NCBI RefSeq assembly: GCF_009914755.1
Contig: NC_060935.1
Strand: one strand, 5' to 3'
DNA length: 64,000 bases
From: the human T2T-CHM13v2.0 reference genome, Homo sapiens
This document shows, one piece after another, positions 61,459 through 64,000 of the stretch (the stretch's first letter is position 1; each line of letters opens with the position of its first letter). The notes under the pieces are model-generated. The model was not told the origin of the DNA, searched no databases, and saw nothing but the letters and a program-made list of their open reading frames with translations. A program made the translations under genes and the position numbers.

Positions 61459-61786
61459 TTTTTTTTTATTTTTTAAAATTTTTTTTTTTTATACTCTAAG
61501 TTTTAGGGTACATGTGCACATTGTGCAGGTTAGTTACATATGTATACATGTGCCATGCTGGTGCGCTGCACCCACTAACGTGTCATCTAGCATTAGGTAT
61601 ATCTCCCAATGCTATCCCTCCCCCCTCCCCCAACCCCACCACAGTCCCTAGAGTGTGATATTCCCCTTCCTGTGTCCATGTGATCTCATTGTTCAATTCC
61701 CACCTATGAGTGAGAATATGCGGTGTTTGGTTTTTTGTTCTTGCGATAGTTTACTGAGAATGATGGTTTCCAATTTCATCCATGTC
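61459..61786 (-). mobile_element. 5'-truncated L1HS, pre-Ta type (ACG/G)
   Basis: Minus strand reads GATGAC-ACG-TTAGTGGG (61581-61579) and AAAACTTA-G-AGTATA (61496); near-consensus L1HS 3' end with a poly(T) tract at 61459-61490. Confidence 0.93.
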
Positions 61787-62514
61787 TCACCGAACCTTTC
61801 TGAGCTTTTATTCTCTTACCTATTTAATGAGAGTGGTGTGTGAGGGTCCACCAGGTAATCTGAGTGATGCCCCTCGCTGCCTCTGTCCCCTAGGGGTCAT
61901 TCTGCCCAAAGGGGTGCATAGCGTCAGGACCACCAACTCCTCCCAGAGCACTGAGGTCCCTGCTGCCCAGTTAGTGGGTCCCAGGGAAGCCAAGTGGCAT
62001 TTGGAGTGGCATTCCAATCTTGCACTTTCAGGGCCCCCTCTGTGGTTCTGAGAGGAGGAAACAGCTCTAACCTTGGTGATCCCGACTGTGCTGGGCCCTG
62101 GGTTGTGAGGCAAATGGAGGGCAGAGGCCCTGGGGGAGGACACGTCCCTCACCACAGTCACTCCCCAGTGCAGCAGTCAGGGGATTTCCCAGGGTGCACT
62201 GGGCCAAGGGGCCAGACTCTGAAGTTCATGGGGTTAAGGTCTCCCCGCCAGCCAGGTGACGGCAGCCTCCTCGCCTTGCCCAGACAAGAAAGCCTCGATC
62301 TAATCTCACTCTGAACTTTTCCCAAGGCTTTTGCTACGCTTTGCTGTAGCTCCAAAGCCGCATTAGTGAGCACCACGCTCCTTTATAAATGGTCTGTGAC
62401 CCCAGAGGTCTGCTCGCTGAGGGAGCTGTCTATTTCGGGCATTGTGGGTGGAGGGGGCATCTCAGAGGCTTCTGGAAAATTCCTGATGGGATTGTGTCTG
62501 TGTTCTGTCTCAAG

Positions 62515-62816
62515 CCTCCAATCAACAGATCAGACAGCTTGTACTCACAGGCCAAGGACACGTGGAAAGAGGCTCAATTTTCTAGATGGGTGGCAACAGC
62601 CATGATCTTCTGTCCTCTGGGTCCCCACAAGCCTGGATGAACTCAAGATCTGACTCAGTGGCACAGTGAGGAGACCTTTGAGGCCTCAGTGACCATCCTT
62701 GGACTTCACCTCTCACGGCTTTCAGGCAGAGAGGCCCTCCCATGCCCACAACAGGCTGAGCCCAGCCTTCCTCGGGGTTTGCTTCCAGGCCTGACTTTTA
62801 CTCCCCTTTCTAAGTG
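62515..62816 (+). ncRNA. Candidate exon of a divergent lncRNA (B3GAT1-DT-like)
   Basis: Acceptor candidates ctgtctcaag| (62514) or caacag| (62528); consensus donor GTG|gtaagt at 62817; no coding signature. I recall a divergent lncRNA annotated at this locus but cannot confirm these exons. Confidence 0.35.
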
Positions 62817-64000
62817 GTAAGTAGCTTGGTGATGGTGGCTGAGAAAGAAACAGAGAAAAAACATGCCTTACAGGCAGAACTGTCATAGTTCTCAAAAGAC
62901 CAAAGTCACAAGGGCCTGTGGGTGCCTGCACGGCTGCCCAGAGGGAGGGTGACGCCAGCCACAGGCCCATTGCCTTTGTAGGCCAGGGTCCTGCAGTGCT
63001 GGCCCGCAACGCTTGATGGGAGGGGGCGGCTCTGTCTACGTGTGAAGAGCCCAGGGTGGCTGTAGCTTGCAGCGGATGGCATTCTCAGTTTGCCCGTTAC
63101 TCCCCAGACAAATCTCCCTCTGGCCCCTTTTCCTTTCTGTCTTCAGTGGGGGTCGGGAGGCGGCAGCCCCAAAGACCTCTCCTTACCACCTTGTCTTTCC
63201 CATGGAGGTTCCCATGCAACACTTGTCCCTGTCCCTGAAATTTCAGACTTCTTTCCACAGCGCAAAGCCTCGGGCCTTGAGAAACTGCAGTGAGCAAGGG
63301 GAACCTCACCCCCAAGCTAAGGCAAGAATGCTGGCTCTTCCATCGCTCCTAAGTTCCAGGCTGACCTCTTCCTCCAACTCAACATATTCAAAATGAAACC
63401 CAGCGTCTTTAGCTCACCCTCCTTCCCCGCTGCCCCTGCCAGGGCCATGGCCACACTGACCCACTCCCCCCGGTCACACCTCCAGGCCTGGCAGTAATAT
63501 TGCCTGGACTCCTTGAGAACTGCAACCAGATTAATCGTCCCAGAGCTCCGCTTTGATAATATCACTTTTATAGACACATGAAAGGAAGCATTTAGGCAGT
63601 CAGTCATGCTAAATCTTAACCACCTTTACAGATTTTTTAGTGCAGCCCATCAAAATTGTCACCAGTCCTGAAGGTCCCACATTTATGGTGTCCATGATAA
63701 CACCTCCCATGCCAGAGGCAGCAGCACTTGGAGGTGGTGCAGAGCTGGCACTGCAGGAGCTGTCCTCGCCAGGCCTGATCTCACAGCCAGGGCTGCTTCT
63801 CCTGGTTCCGCACAAAGCCCATGGTGACCTCCTGCACCTCCCACTCCAGAGGCGTAACTGAGCAGTCTGTCTGGGCACCATCAGCACTCCTCTGCGAGGT
63901 GACAGATCACAGCTCTAAAGATGTTGGGCCGTTAGGCATTACCTTTCCAGTCGCTGGGTGCAAGGGGGCCTGGGAGTCCTTGGCAGGGGCTGGCATGGGC

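Overview
Human genomic DNA: Alu, MIR, L2 and L1 repeats are present, and an L1HS pre-Ta element marks it as human. I recognise it from the encoded proteins as the GLB1L2/B3GAT1 locus (11q25). The + strand carries the last two coding exons and 3' UTR of GLB1L2, a GH35 beta-galactosidase-like gene. The - strand carries the complete B3GAT1 gene (GlcAT-P, the HNK-1/CD57 glucuronyltransferase): CDS 13274-13163, 9801-9293, 8619-8323 and 7637-7551, totalling 1005 nt / 334 aa, with all splice junctions GT-AG and in phase. B3GAT1 has a non-coding first exon in a CpG island at about 37.2-38.8 kb and a separate 3' UTR exon. The remaining ~26 kb is repeat-rich upstream DNA with possible divergent lncRNA exons. 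I found no new protein-coding system or CRISPR-like array; nearly all other ORFs in the track are chance ORFs from GC-rich or repetitive DNA. The most interesting signals are regulatory or structural: (1) a 149-nt intron inside B3GAT1 exon 2 with three competing donors, which turns an upstream ATG into either a 13-aa N-terminal extension or a 4-codon uORF; (2) a leader loaded with uORFs; (3) a strong REST/RE1 match 6.4 kb upstream; (4) a human-specific L1 pre-Ta insertion; (5) eight minisatellites or tandem duplications, including a 22x41-bp G-rich VNTR with hotspot-like motifs and a 6x70-bp VNTR in the GLB1L2 3' UTR. Repeat subfamily names and boundaries were recognised by eye and are approximate.
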